From: Trichosphaerium sp. ATCC 40318
Lineage: Eukaryota; Protista; Tubulinea
Assembly: GCA_038496445.1 (NCBI GenBank)
Contig: JALMLS010000504.1
Coordinates: forward strand, 62,001 to 126,000
Reading direction: 5' to 3'
Length of the DNA stretch: 64,000 nt
The notes below the pieces were generated by a model, which was not told where the DNA came from, ran no database searches, and saw only the letters and a program-made list of their open reading frames with translations. Below are positions 12,128 through 25,633 of the stretch, in pieces; the first letter of the stretch is position 1; every line of letters starts with the position of its first letter. A program made the position numbers and the translations under genes.

Positions 12128-15100
12128 ATGCAAGGTTCAGGCGGACCTGAGCCGCTTTTTAAAGTAATTAGATGGCTTGGTTTATCACAGCATCTAAAGG
12201 TTTGTTTTTATGGCCTATTACGCGCTTGTATTGATCGTAGACCTTGTTTTAGGAGAATGAACGAATAACCTGTTTTGATAAATCACTACAATTTTTCGTG
12301 ATAGGCACCAATACGGGCTCTATTTATTTATTCTACGTTCGCAATGGCAGTTTGATATTCAATCATAAAATAACGCAAAACGAGTCTTCAATTACTAGCA
12401 TTTTCGCCATGGGCCACTATATCGTTGCTGCTAGCAAAGACGGGTATATTGAAGTGTATCAATGGCTAAACGGCAATGTTGAAAGATTTAAGGCTACAAC
12501 GAACGAAGAAGGTACGTGTGATTCGTAACGAAGGTTAAAACGCTATTTACGCGTTGATAATTTGTAATTGACGTTTGAAGTGACCAATACGCTTAAACGT
12601 CTCTGCTCTTATTCTAACGGTTGCACATAGAGATTACGTCAGTGTACGTGCCAAAAGATTTCACAACACGCGACGGTGTACTTTTTTTTGGGACAAAGTC
12701 TGGTACGTCTTTTTTTCTTTTTTTTTTTTCTTGTCCTTGTTGAAAGTTTTTGTTTTGTTTTGACTTGTCGGTTGTTTGTAATGATTTTTTTTAAGGGTTG
12801 TTGTTTATTAGAAGAAAAGGGCAGTTATATGGGCATGCTGTTGATAAACTTTATGGACCATCAAAGAGAAATAAGGCTCAAGTAGGGTCCATAAAGTACG
12901 CTGTTTTTTTTTTTTACTCAAAAAAACTTTATGTTCACGTTTGCGTATAATCACGTGACATGATGTTGTGGTTTCTAAAATATTATCTAAAATTTTGTTT
13001 TATTTTATTGGATAGTACTCTATTCATAATAGCAACGTATAACCAACACTAAGTGTTAGAAAGGTTTTTTTTTTCTAATTTTTTTTGTAAGGCAAATCAT
13101 TGTTGTTGATGGTTTCTATGTTGCATTCACTTCTGGAAGAAAAGTAAGAATATACTCACTTAAATCAGAAAAAGTCATAGCGGAGTTCACATCAAAATCA
13201 GCAAAATGTGCGTCAACCAACCATGCGTTTTGTGGATAAGACTTTTTTTGTTTTGTACTCATTCACTGAAAGATTGTCAAATGTTCATGGATGCTAATAA
13301 TTTCATTGTTACTGGTGATAAAGCAATTCACGTTTGTGAACGTGCCTTTGTGACGTAAGTTCTTACCATAAACCCTTCAAACATGACAGAAATTAACACA
13401 AGAAAAGAAATCCAAAAAAAAAACTTTTGTAGGTTGTTGCTCTTTTTTTTCGCTTCTCACGTGTCTCTTTTGGAAAAATAATATTTTATAGACAAGGATT
13501 TAAAGTTAAGAAGACATTCAAACCAAACTTTACTCTTAGATCAGCCTTTATATTATCAGACAATGTACGAAAAAAATGAGATTGTTTTTAGTACATGCTT
13601 TTTGGCGCGCTAACTAACCTACTCATGTAGCTTATTCTTGTTGGTGAAACAAAGCCAAAACGCCGTAATATTGTACGCCGCGTATCATTCGAACTACCAA
13701 AAGATGAAGAGCCTAGTATGTACCTCACAAAAGCCTAAAGTCTTAGATCACCAAAAACTTACTCGATTTTACAAGATTACGAAAAAGTGATGAAGACGCC
13801 ATACAATAATAAGGACACACCTCCATTACCTTCTATTCTTAAAAGAGAGTCCAGTGTACCTTCTGGACCATTCGCTGGCGGAACATCTAATGATATAACT
13901 GTGGCGTCTTACAGCCTGGCAATTGATAAAAGTCTTGAAGAAAACGATAGATTCACTTTACCTAAAAGGTATTACCTTCCCATCTCACCTTCTTAACTAA
14001 TAGTCTTTCTAAAGTATTGATTATATATCATGTATTCCAGGGATTCATCCTTCAGCTGGTCCTGAAACGAGAGGGGTACGATAAGTCGAAAAGAAGTTTT
14101 AACGTTCGTTTTTTTTTTCTAATTGTTTCCTTTTCAAGGCTCCATGTTCGTCATTGTATATTCTCTTCACTACAGCACTATTTTTAGTAGTGCCTCTTGA
14201 AGTTAGCGAACGTGTTGCTTGGCTTGTAGATAAAAAGATTTTTCCTAGAGCAATATATCTATGCAAGAGAGCAAGAAGGTACAAATCGTTCCTGAACATA
14301 AAAAAACACTTGCACTTCTTCTTTTTTTCAAGACGACCGACTGACATGTCTTTCTGTTCTAGATACAAAGAGCTTCTAGAGGTAGCTGATGCTTTTGCAA
14401 TGTATTTATGGGAACAAGAGAAAGCATACCAAAAAGCTGTTAATGTTTGGGCAGAGTATGTGTTACCAACAAGTGATGCTAATTACTGGTCAATCTTTGC
14501 ACAAAGACTTAAAGGCGTAAGTGTTTCAGGATGTTATAATCTTAATGTATATGATACTTACCATGTATGCCCATGTAGTGTGACAAGTTAGAGCTACTTG
14601 AACCGTTCCTACCCATGGCAAAAGACTTACTTCCTGGAATTTTTTACATTCGCATCTTGGAGACTTACCTTGGTGCGGTTTTGTTTTAATTGACCTTAAG
14701 TTTTGTCTAAAATTATGCTATGGTTTAAAAACTTGCTTGCTGACACTTGATGTTGGTTTACAAACCAACTGAGACAGAGTATTTTTTGTTCGTGTTTCAA
14801 AAAAAAAGAAGCAAAAAAGTTACAATATTTTTTGCTTAAGGTTTTTGTCAATTCTTAGTTTTTTTCGTACTGATTTTGTGTTTTAGCGCAAGGTGATTTT
14901 AAGGGTGTTTATGATCGCATAAGACGTTGGTCTCCAGTTTACCCACACAGACTGGCAGTGGATTTACTGTTGGAACGCATAAAAGTATGACTTTACAAAA
15001 AACTCACAAAGTTGACATTAGCCTTAGAGGGAAACAGGGAGTACCCCTTCTACAAACTCAACGTTGGCAACCATTGAAAAACTGACTGAACAGAAAGATG

Positions 15101-15901
15101 GCAATGCGCAAACTGTACAATCAAGCCCTGAGGACTATCAATCTTCATCTGTTGTCTTTCATGGTAAAACTTGAAAAATCCCTTACATCACACTTCTAAC
15201 TTTCAACGTCCTTGTCTAGACAGTAACTACCTAGAAAATAGGAACTCTCCTAATAGTGTAAGAAAAACCCATTATTCCTCAATATCTCACCACCTTCTTA
15301 TAGAACAAACCTACAAGCGTTGATATTTCCAAAACAACACAAAATTCTTTTGCTTCAACAAAAGAAAAAAGCGAAATTATTTGGTTACAACTTGCTTTAT
15401 TCTGTCTTTACGACACAGCCAATGACCTTCCAAATGCATCACAAGTATTAATAGATATGGGTAACCCGCATGTACTATCATACTTCTTTGCAAGGAACGT
15501 ATGGCAGTTTTTTAGCCAAAAAGGAATCGACCAACGTCGATTCGAACAAAATATTTCTCGACCGTAAGTCAACAAACATTTTTGGTTGACAACTTTTCAC
15601 TGAAAATTGTTTTAGTCTCTTCAGCATTGATCCTTCTGCTTCTGAATACGTTGAGGATACACCACAAGGTGTCATACCCGAAATCAAAGCAAAACAAGAC
15701 TTACTAGCATCGCTTATTTCTTACACTTCAGCGGAAACTGTTCTGACTGCTTTGATATCCAATAAGCAACATGCTCCTGTACGGGTTTTTTTTTTCTTGG
15801 TTTTTTCTTCTTTTCTTTCTCAGCACTCTTGTGAGTTTATTCGAAGTTTAATTGTTTTGTATTTAGAGTGCTGTTGTAAGTGTTTTGTTGAAAGGGATTG
15901 A
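12128..15901 (+). CDS. Vps41-like HOPS subunit (beta-propeller plus helical repeats), many exons; 3' end approximate
   Basis: N-terminal EPLFK (cf. Vps41 EPKLKY), WD40-like FVIGTNTGSIYLF and YIVAASKDGYIEVY, and VSERVAWLVDKKIFPRAI (cf. Vps41 DHI-x-WLL). Confidence 0.55.
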
Positions 15902-16056
15902 TCCAGCTTTGCAAGAAAAATACGAGGAGATGGAAGGTCATTTGTGATGTCTTGTTGTAAACTTTTACGATCGCGACCTGTAGAGGTTGCTTGTTTTTTT
16001 AACAATTCTATGCTGCATCTTGTATTGTGATACTGTTATAAACACAAACTATGGGA

Positions 16057-18290
16057 CTAACATAATGCTGATGAAGGACGCATAAGGGTAAATCCTAAGG
16101 AAAGGGTTAAGGGAGGGAAAAATTGAAATAAAACTGTAAACAAAAAAAAAATAGTTTTGGTTTTTTTTTTCAAAATCTTACTTTGATGTTGGTGTGTTGG
16201 TATTTCATTTACTAGTGGCACTGCATCTGCTTTAAGTGATTTTAATTGTATATGAGGAGCGTAGTGTTTTATAGTAGCGATTAAGGAGTCTTTAGTAGCA
16301 TCCCACCAGTACGGGATTGGAACAAGGCATATTCCTAATAATTATTAGTATAAAAATGGTATTTTTTCTTTTTTGTAATTCACACCTGCATCATTACACA
16401 ATTGGCTCTTTTCTGTATCTCTTGTTACTTGCACATCAGAAGGGTTCCATTTATATGTATCAGTATAATGATACTCACCTACAGAGTAGCATCAGTTGCA
16501 AGAGTTTCTGAGTTTTTGGAAAAAAATGATAATTGAATCAAAATTGTTTTATCTCCGTACCTTGATACTCAAATGCTAGGTTCAATTCTGGTATGTATAT
16601 ATCAACAATACATGATTTTGATGTATGTGATAGTAACGCTAATGGAGCCTCTTCGATAATGTCCATGCCTTTGAAGATACTCTTAAAGTAGTTCATCAAA
16701 AGCCTTTGCTGTGATTTCTTTCCACCAATACCAAACCCAGAAAATACGCTCCAATCCCACGTAAAATAAGGGTCTATGCTCTCAAGAACATGCGGCCAGT
16801 ATTTACTCAAGCTTGAGCCTCCAAAGTTCGATAACTGTAAAGTAGAAACTCGATACCTGATCAGACAAAGTTTAGTACAAATTCGCTAATCCAAAAATTG
16901 TTTTGTACTTACCACATTTCTGGTTTTGTTATACCCAAGCTTTGTCCTACTTTTCTCAATAAAGACCTTTGCGCGCTTGTCCAAGCACTTATTTTCGTAT
17001 CATTACTTTTATAAGCAGTCTCAAAATCACGCAAACGCCTACAAAAAAAAAAGTCAAACACGTGTTCAAACCAATCGACTCTTTCTGATTTCTACAACAT
17101 CAAACACGCACTCAAACTTCTCCGGTTTCCACGGGTGAGTAGGATACAAGTCCTGCAAGCACTGTCCAAGGGAATCATTGTGATAGTGTCTAAACCACGT
17201 AAGAACAAATTGCACGTGATATCCAAAGAAAAAAACCGATAATCGTACAACAGTCCAGTTAATCCCAAGTTTGATTTGTACTGCCAAGACACTTCATACC
17301 ATGAATCCAAATCTTTCATATCACATTCCTCAGCTATACTTTCAAGCTTTAACATTCTATTATCCTCTGAATTCCAATAATGTCTCGGTACAGACCTGTA
17401 AAAAAGATGTCAACAAAAAAAACTTTTGGAAAAAGTTTTATCCTTGAAATCACTTACGACCAAAACTTGAAAGGAACCCATTGATGATTTGGATAGAAAT
17501 GAACTAAACAAGCGTAAAGAGACCCTCCGTAGTGTTTCCTTTCGATTCGTTAACAATTTTTTGAGCACTTTCTTCAGAAGAGGTACCAGATGAAGCTACT
17601 TCCTCCTTTTGTTACTACGTCGTCTACTCTAACGTTATACCAATCGTCCAAGTGTTTTACGTTCAATTCTCTACCAATGACACCGAACCGTTCTCTACAG
17701 TTTTCTGTGCTATTCCAGAAGTGCTGTGGTGCCTTACTGGGTCAAGTGTCAGTAAATAACGATAAAACGCCAGCAATAGCTACAGCTGGCGTGATAAAAT
17801 GGTGTACACGCGTACCAAAACCTCATTGTGATATTAATGAACGTTAGCGCTTATTTTAGCTATATTTTACGCTCTCTTGCAGTGGAGTCTTCACACTACC
17901 ATTCTCTAGCATGTTGTAGCGTACAGCCCAAAAAAAACCCCAGCTTAACTACCTTTTAAGCGAGTAGCAAAATCAGATCTAGGCACTTTAGTGTTTGATA
18001 TTTTTGAAGAAAAAAGCACTGTAATCAAAGGTTGCCATGCTCAAGAGAGGGCCCAGTGGAAGCTTTAAATTCTCATTTATTAACAAGAAATACCTTAAGA
18101 ACACAAGAAACCTTATAAACGTTTCATCAAAACATCTCTGTGCCAACAAACGAATAGCCAAATGTTCTGTGCTTACAAGCTGTGAAGTGGGCCTAACGCG
18201 CCGAAATATCTGATTCGCTTGTAGAGTAAATTAGCTGTAACCACACCACAGGCAGTCCTTGGCCTTCCTTCTCATGAACAAGAAGTACAT
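16057..18290 (-). CDS. Tandem-repeat protein with C-terminal PD-(D/E)XK / RAP-like domain (family member 1); start uncertain
   Basis: Repeats of the type W-Y-x-V...GG-x-LL..Y...L...YP...W..F..VP..YW. C-terminal IVDIYIPELNLAFEYQGEYHY...LVPIPYWWD. Confidence 0.75.
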
Positions 18291-18378
18291 TTAACGCCAG
18301 TGGTTTTTAGATAATTAGCCACTGTATTTTTCTTCTAATCTTTTTTTTCAAAAAGATAGGGCCGAGCAGACATCCTCT

Positions 18379-18456
18379 CCTTAATAACCCACAGAGCGCC
18401 CCACTCCATTGACAACAGCGTACACTGGAACACCGGCCAAAGGACACTCGAGACCA
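18379..18456 (+). repeat. Dispersed ~80-bp repeat, second copy at ~50065-50135
   Basis: ccttaataacccacagagcgcccc...ggaacaccggccaaaggacactcgagac aligns to ccttaatatcccagagcgcccta...agaacaccggccaggacactcgagac. Confidence 0.65.
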
Positions 18457-19850
18457 AGGAACTGTACCAGTTCATACCAGTTTCTCTCAGTCTAACATGA
18501 TTCTAGATTGATGTTTGTGTTGAGAATCAGGTACGATACCTCGAGGCACTGAATTCTCATCAACTTCAAATCATGTCGTTATTTTCTATTTACAAAGCGC
18601 CAAGAGAACACACACTCCTTTTGCTTTCCATTATCTCATGAATCCAGAAATCCTTTTGTACATCCAAGTTTATCCACGCAATAAATTGTGGGATATCACA
18701 AAGTTGTAGCGTTTGTCGTGCTGTTTAGAGGTTCGTGATTTTGGATTGAAATGATACACGTTGAGCCGAGATATTTGAGGTGTAGTGAAAGTAATGATAA
18801 TGCACATGTAGTAGAGGTAACGGCACCTATCAACATCCAACTTCGAATTCATTTTGTTCGTTTTCAAATGAGTAATTTATTAAACACTGTTACACACGCT
18901 AGAACGCTCAGAAGTGCACCTTTCAACACTCTGAAAGCGTTTACTTCAGTTGGATATTTAGCGGTTAAACTCAAATTCAAAAATGGGTACCGCTCGAATT
19001 CCACCTTACTTTTGAACCGGTATTGTTGTAAAATACCCATTTTAATTGGTTTGAATGTAGCTGAAAGTAAAGAAATTGCGTTTGTAGGAAGTTAGGTTGA
19101 ACAGGCTTCTTCAACGGTCAAAATGCGTTTTGATAAGAGAAACATATAGAACGACGTGTGGAACAAACAAATTCGCGTAACAAATTAGTTTCTGTAGAGA
19201 TTTAGCCAAACAACGCAGATCACGTTTTTTAATTGAATATTATCCTAACCATCTTGGCAACAAATATTAATATTAAATATCCCATGATTACCAACAAGGC
19301 ATTGCTCATACTGTCAGAAGCTGAGCACTGTACCAGGCCGTACAAAAAAGTTGTGATTGGCTGTGTTCGTTTACACGTGGATATGACCCTCATACGCATG
19401 TGAACAAAGAACCGCCATTTGTATGTTCGTAGGTGGCAGACAAAATTAGTCCAGCTCCGCGAGATTTTATCAAATTTATACATAGAACGTAATAAAATAG
19501 AGGGCTATGGCTGAGAGTTACGTTGATGGTAATTTGACGCGATTGCGTTCACTGATCACGGGTTGTGGCTATTTCGTATCAAGTTATTGTTAATGGAATA
19601 GTAGCAGAATCAACTCATTCCATTTAGCATGTGTTTTGCTGCAGTGTAATAAAGTAAGGCGCCTTACATAGCACAGTGCGTTGCCCATAAAGGCTCACTA
19701 CGTATGGGTGCATAGTATAACCAGCGGTGTGAAGTCACAAGGTGGCACTTAGGCTATCAAATTAATTGAGTTTGTTATTAAAAACCATAAGCGTGATGAC
19801 GCTGGTGTGAAGATTTTAAATCAATCTGTTTTTTTTTTTTTACACAAAAG

Positions 19851-21539
19851 TTATTCAATTAATACATCTTCAGACTCGACTTCTTTTTCCTCTTCTTCAA
19901 CAGTAGGTTCTTCGCCATCTCCATTTTCTTCTGGTTCAATCGTAGGTATCCCATCAGTTTCATCATTGTTCTTGTTTTCTTCAGTTTTGATAGTTTGTCC
20001 TTTCTTCAGTCTCTTTGTCATTTTGGTTTTTATTATGTTTGTTCTGGCACAGCTTCAGGCTTTTTGATTTCTTCTGTTACGATGGTGGGTAAATCCTCGG
20101 TAGTTCTTGGTGCACGTTTTCTACGATATCTAGTAGGTAGTTTCCTTCCTTTAGGCCCCTTAGGTCGTGCTCTCTGTACAACATCAAGGCGAGCTTTTAT
20201 TGAAACTTTTCCAAATTGAGGATCTTCGTAATAAGCTTGAGTAACTGCAGAGTCTTCCAAAGTATTGCTATCACTCTCACCATCTTCTTTATTACTTAAA
20301 GATACCCCAGAAGATCTTGGAGGCGGTGGACCACCAAACATACCCTTTGAAAGGAAGTATAAGCGCACAAGCACAAAACCACAACCTTTGAAGAAAAAAA
20401 GAAAAAGATTTTTTCCACTTACACTCTCATAAGCATAAGTTTTGCGACACTTCGGATTTTTTTTTCGAATCGCGACGTACTCCTTTTTCGTTAATGGTAG
20501 CTGTTAAAAATTTTGTTATGTACATTGAATCTCTTAACTTAGCTTCTTGTCTTCTTGTTTTACGCTTCTCTTCTTCTTCAGCTTTAACTTGCCTTTAAAA
20601 AAAAATGAAACAGTTAGAAACGCTACAATACCTCAAATGTATTACTTTTCTAAAGATTCTAAGTCGACTTCTTTGCCACATACTGAAGTTGACAATTCTA
20701 CTCTCCGCGTTGTTTCTTTCTCTTGTTCAACCTTAGATAGTACCTAACATCATTTAAATAAAAACCAAACAAGTGGGGCGCGTATGAAACGGTTTTTTTT
20801 TCAAACAGCTGCTTACTTTTTCAGGCTTTTCAAGACGCAAGCCGCTTGGTTTTGGAGCTTCCGACGCTCTCCTGAAGTGAACCCATGACCAGGAACTAGA
20901 TCTTCCAACTCCTTGCGCTTTACCTGTAAAATGTCTTAGCCAATAAAAACAACCGCTTGTCACGTGATAATTAAACGTCACGTGATAGTTAAACGTCACA
21001 ACTTCTTTTTTTTTCAAAAAAAGTTTTGTGCACCTTTAGGAAGCATGTTAGGTCCAGAATTTGATAAACGAAATGCTCTACGTATAGAACTCATAATGGT
21101 AGTTCTAACAGACTCATTTGGCCTAAGTTTGAGGGTAAACTTACAAAGTTTTGCACCTCAAATGTCAAAGCGTACGTCGGATCAGAAGGCTCTGTACAAC
21201 ATCTACAACATACCCTTACTTTCTTTTTACCGAATGTTTGTGGTAAAGAAATAAAAAAACAAGCGCAATCACCACAAAAAATACCACCACACTTACGACA
21301 GTGATGCTATAATATAATTTTTAGTAAGGTTTAAAGATAAGAATTTGATGATTTCTTTAAAGAGTGGAATTCTCTTCCAAATACGCACGCGTCTAATGAC
21401 TACATGAAAGGAAGAGCCACAGAACATACACTTATTAAAGTCCTTATTATCAAGCCATTCTGGCTTTACCTTCAAGCATAAATGTTAATTATTGCACGTG
21501 GAGATCCTAACACGTGGTACTTACCTGCTTGGTGGCCAT
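19851..21539 (-). CDS. FYVE zinc-finger protein with Pro-rich and acidic C-terminus
   Basis: Spliced MATKQVKPEWLDNKDFNKCMFCGSSFHVVIRRHHCR contains the FYVE WxxD and RRHHCR motifs. The tail has GGPPPPR and RARPKGPKGRKLPT. Confidence 0.85.
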
Positions 21540-21599
21540 ACCTCCCTACTGTGTTAAACAATATGCTCGTCAGTTAAGTGAATGTTAAGGTGATACCAC

Positions 21600-24127
21600 G
21601 TTATATTACGGCATTGGTGGGTATTACCCCGACGTTTCTGCTTGTATTGTTGCTGATTAGATTTTTTTATTATTACAACTACTATCCTTATCAGGAAGTA
21701 TAGATCCAGTTGGCAACTTATTATGCCTTTTCTTACTTTGTTTATGGTATCTAAAAGGAAGCATCTAATAAAAGTTAAAGGCGACTTTCTCCACGTGGGT
21801 CCAACCCAAAAAAAAACCAACTTTTAAAACAAGGCTTTGAAACGCTTGTAAAAGGGGTAATGTCACAAATCAATTTGAGATTGAGGTCATTACAAAGTTC
21901 AATACAAAATTCTCCACAATCTAAAAATATTGTATTTTTAACGACTGTTTTTGTGATACGGCTTGATAAACATACAAAGACCTGTCTCAAAGGAAACGTC
22001 TACGTAAGCTAGTTGATAATTTTTTATTGTGGGATAGTGTTGAAACCATAATTGATGAGACTGATCCTGCAACAGGAGCAACTGATCCTGAAATTGAATC
22101 AGTTGGAAATACTCCTGCATTGGTTGGAGATACTCTGCATCAGTTGGAGATACTCCTGCATCAGTTGGAGATACCCTTGCATCAGTTGGAGATACCCTGA
22201 ATCAGTTGGAGGTACTCCTGCATCAGTTGGAGATACCACAGGAGCACGTGTTGGAAGGTCATCAAAACCAGGAAGCTCAGGAGCAGTTTGATTTAACGGA
22301 GGAACAAATTCACCAGAGAAGCCACGTCCAACAGTGAAAGCATCAAAGCCTAAAATTCAATAAAACTACAAAAGCTAGGCGAAACTCTGTACCTCCAGTG
22401 GAGAACTTGGTTAATAAGTCGATTGCAGCAGAAGGATCTGTAATACCAATGTTTGTCAAAGCAGCGCTGATTTTATCTTCAAAGAAAGGGAACTTTGGTA
22501 ATAGAGAACCAGCCATCTTTTCGCAGATAAACTTATTACATGAGTCGATATCACGACAAATAGATTGGGCAATCTCAACTAGAGTAAAGAAATTAACAAT
22601 AAAGTAATGCAGTTTCTTCTTACTAAATGGTTCTAGCTCTTCTTTGATTTCGTCAAATTGTAGTAGGTTCTTAATAGTGGCTGGTATGCTTACGGTAACA
22701 ATAAAGTCAATTATTGTAGGACCACAATCTCCAATCTTAACAACTAGATCACGGAAGTCAATGAGCCAAGGTAGACACACTAGAAGCAGGTTTAGAAATA
22801 AAAATGCTTACTGATAAAAATCACGTGCATGTTGCGAGATCAGTACAAGTTTCTGTCGCAATAGAAACAATCTTTTCGGATGTCGTTCCGTCGAAAAATC
22901 TTAGAGGATTAGAATCACATGCATAGCATAGAGCACCAGCCTTATTAAGTATAAGTATAAGACTAGCTATAAATCAAACGTACAGCGAATGCTGAGAGTC
23001 CAGCGACACACTTCAATCCACTTGTAGATAACTCTGCTGAACTACTAGCGTATGACAATAAAATCTAAGAAAGGCAATAAGCGCTATGTATTCTTGTAAG
23101 AGTCTATGTTACGTACCAACTGCACATGTACGGACATCCGCAGGAATAACAATATCTGGCAATAGAGGTATATCAATCACGGTAGCACCCTGAGTCTTAT
23201 CAACGAAGTTGTCAAGAACAGTGCTTGCGCTTGTTAAACCCTTATCAATGAAGTCAACTAAATACAACAGTCAGAAGATGAAGATTAGTGGCCACTATAG
23301 TGATTACCTGCGAAGCTCATAATAAACCTATTGGTAGAATAAATGCCATTAATAATAGCCAGAGTTTCGTCTTTACAACAAGTTTGACCACCAGTATCTG
23401 GACAAGCAGAGTTTGCTGGCCACTACGCTTTTTGATTAGTTTTTTTTTTTCACAACAGTGTTGCGTACTTCTTGTGGTGATGTTTGGAACGCTATAGTGA
23501 GTACTGCTGGGAGGAAATCATAACTACAAGTTTGTTCTGTGCTGCGCTTTTTCTCATACTCTGATGACACTCCAATCAACGGATCAGTGTCAACATCTAG
23601 CAAACAAAAAAAGTTAGTTTCTAATGTTGTTTTTACCAGATTGTCAGAAAAGTCTTACTCCCGTTGCAAACACCACGAATATTAGTACCAAAGTGATCAC
23701 TTGGTGAAGAAGTTAGTAAGAAACTAGCATTGAAAATGGTGTACATGCAGAAGGTCTTGTATTGTACAATAACAGTGGGTTCATCTGCGCATGTGGAAGA
23801 CGAATATCGCTTTGTAATTGTCTAAAGAAACTAGTATTAAACGCGAGCGTTTACCTAATCCACTATCTACTGAATGAACCTGTACCTTGTCGCCATAGCA
23901 GACAAGTTTGTAGTAACCGCCGAGTAGAGATAAGCATTCATTTTGTTCGACAGGTGGGAGCGCAGCTCCAGTGTTTGGCTATACTACATGTTAGCCTACC
24001 AATAGTTTTAACTGTATTTTCTTTGTTTTACCGAGCATAATGGAGAGTCTGAGATATTCAATAGCACCGACTGTGATACAGTAGAAGCTATAAAAGCACT
24101 TAGAAATATAAGAAGTAGTGTCTTCAT
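21600..24127 (-). CDS. Large secreted Cys-containing protein with a VSPTDAG repeat segment; 3' end uncertain
   Basis: Signal peptide MKTLLLIFLSAFIASTVS, many short exons, ORF 22343..22780. No family recognised. Confidence 0.55.
22101..22240 (-). repeat. 21-bp coding tandem repeat (about 6 copies, VSPTDAG)
   Basis: The unit agttggagatactcctgcatc is repeated with substitutions. Confidence 0.85.
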
Positions 24128-25326
24128 GTGGGTGATGTAACAATAATGAAATTTAGATTCGGGTATTTTTTTGAAAGTGACTTAAGTACATACAGGTGAG
24201 TTAGAATCACATGGCATATGTTCACAAGAGTATTAAACTATCTTATGTTGCGCGTGAAACGAAAAAAATATAGTCGGGTATGCATCATGCAATACAAGGT
24301 TCACTTAAACGTACAAGTTACATTGAAAAATAGTATTAATTTTATTACCACATTGGTGAACCTTGGTAAGGGTACGCTCATTACCTGCTCCGAGCGGGTT
24401 AGAGATCTGATTTGTCACAGAAAAAGATTCAACTCGGACAAATAAAAAAAAAACAACGAAAAACTTCACGTGATATTTCACAAAATTCAGGTCATTGCTA
24501 TCTACATAAAGCTATGACCTATGATTATAGGGCGACAACAGTTTGTACCAAGCCATATTGAGCCAGGGAGTTAGATAACTTAGTGACTGTGACCAGCATG
24601 AGTAATTCTGTTATTTGAAATCAATCTAAGCGAAATGGATTGTTTTAATTGAACCAAACTATATTGATTTTTGTCTGGATCTTCTGCTTTCACAACAGGA
24701 TGCGTTTCTTCATAGTTGGGTAGTTCCTATTTTTATGACTAGGGAGAATATTGGGAAGACAAAACAACGAGCTCTCTGGTGTATATAAAGCATACATTAA
24801 GTTTGCTTACACCCTGGTTTAGGAGGTAGTTTTTGAAAAAATAAAGCCCATTTTTTTGATAAACATATGTCGATGTACGTCTTTGTAACAATACATTTAT
24901 ATGGATTTAGTGTACTACAGAGAAATCATAACGACTCACAAACTAAAAAAACTAAGCGTGAACATTTTTAAAAACGGTTTGTAACACGTGTAGAGCATAG
25001 AAACAGGCCGAATAAGGCAGTTCCATATAAACTCAGTCGCGTTCTGAACATATTTTTTTTTTCCTCTGAGCAGTGCACATATGAGTGATTTAACCTCCGA
25101 CTGCAAAAAGCCCAAGCTACATTCATTTCTTTTTTGCTTTTAGTTCGTATTGTTTGATTTTACGAATTCAACATGCCAAGCAACTTTTTTTCTTTTGTTT
25201 TGTCTAACCGCGATCTCTATGATATTGTTGTAATTTCTCTAACTTATATTGTAGTTTAATTGTGAAATCGCCAGGAAGTCCACGCAACTCTTGCTTTTGC
25301 AGAGATCAGGCATCTACATACTACTG

Positions 25327-25470
25327 TGTAAGAGGGTAAGGTACTCGTGAGTAGTTGTACTAAGCTTGGGTCTGGTTTATTGTTGTCCTTTAAGGACTTA
25401 TTACATTAAGTAGGTGCTCCGGCACCTTCCGGGTTAATCAATGTGATTCATGTCGACTTTCCGCCTTACA
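25327..25470 (-). repeat. 3' LTR (144 bp)
   Basis: TGTAAGAGGG...CGCCTTACA with TGTAAG/CTTACA terminal inverted repeat. No difference from 34002-34145 seen by eye. Confidence 0.97.
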
Positions 25471-25490
25471 AGAACTCCCCTTTCCTTTAG
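25471..25490 (-). other. Polypurine tract
   Basis: Minus strand CTAAAGGAAAGGGGAGTTCT directly abuts the 3' LTR. Confidence 0.8.
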
Positions 25491-25633
25491 CTATGACTTC
25501 CACGTCATAGCCTCTTGTTCAATAAATCTTTCTTCTACTCCTTCTCTGTTCGTTTTCTTCGTGGATCTACTTAGGCAGCATGGAAACCTTCATAACCAAA
25601 TTTACCAAGTTGTCTTGGAGGTCGATTCTGCTC

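Noticed and set aside
25200-25326. tRNA gene next to the retrotransposon (tRNA-targeted integration)
   Set aside because: No A/B boxes or cloverleaf seen on either flank.
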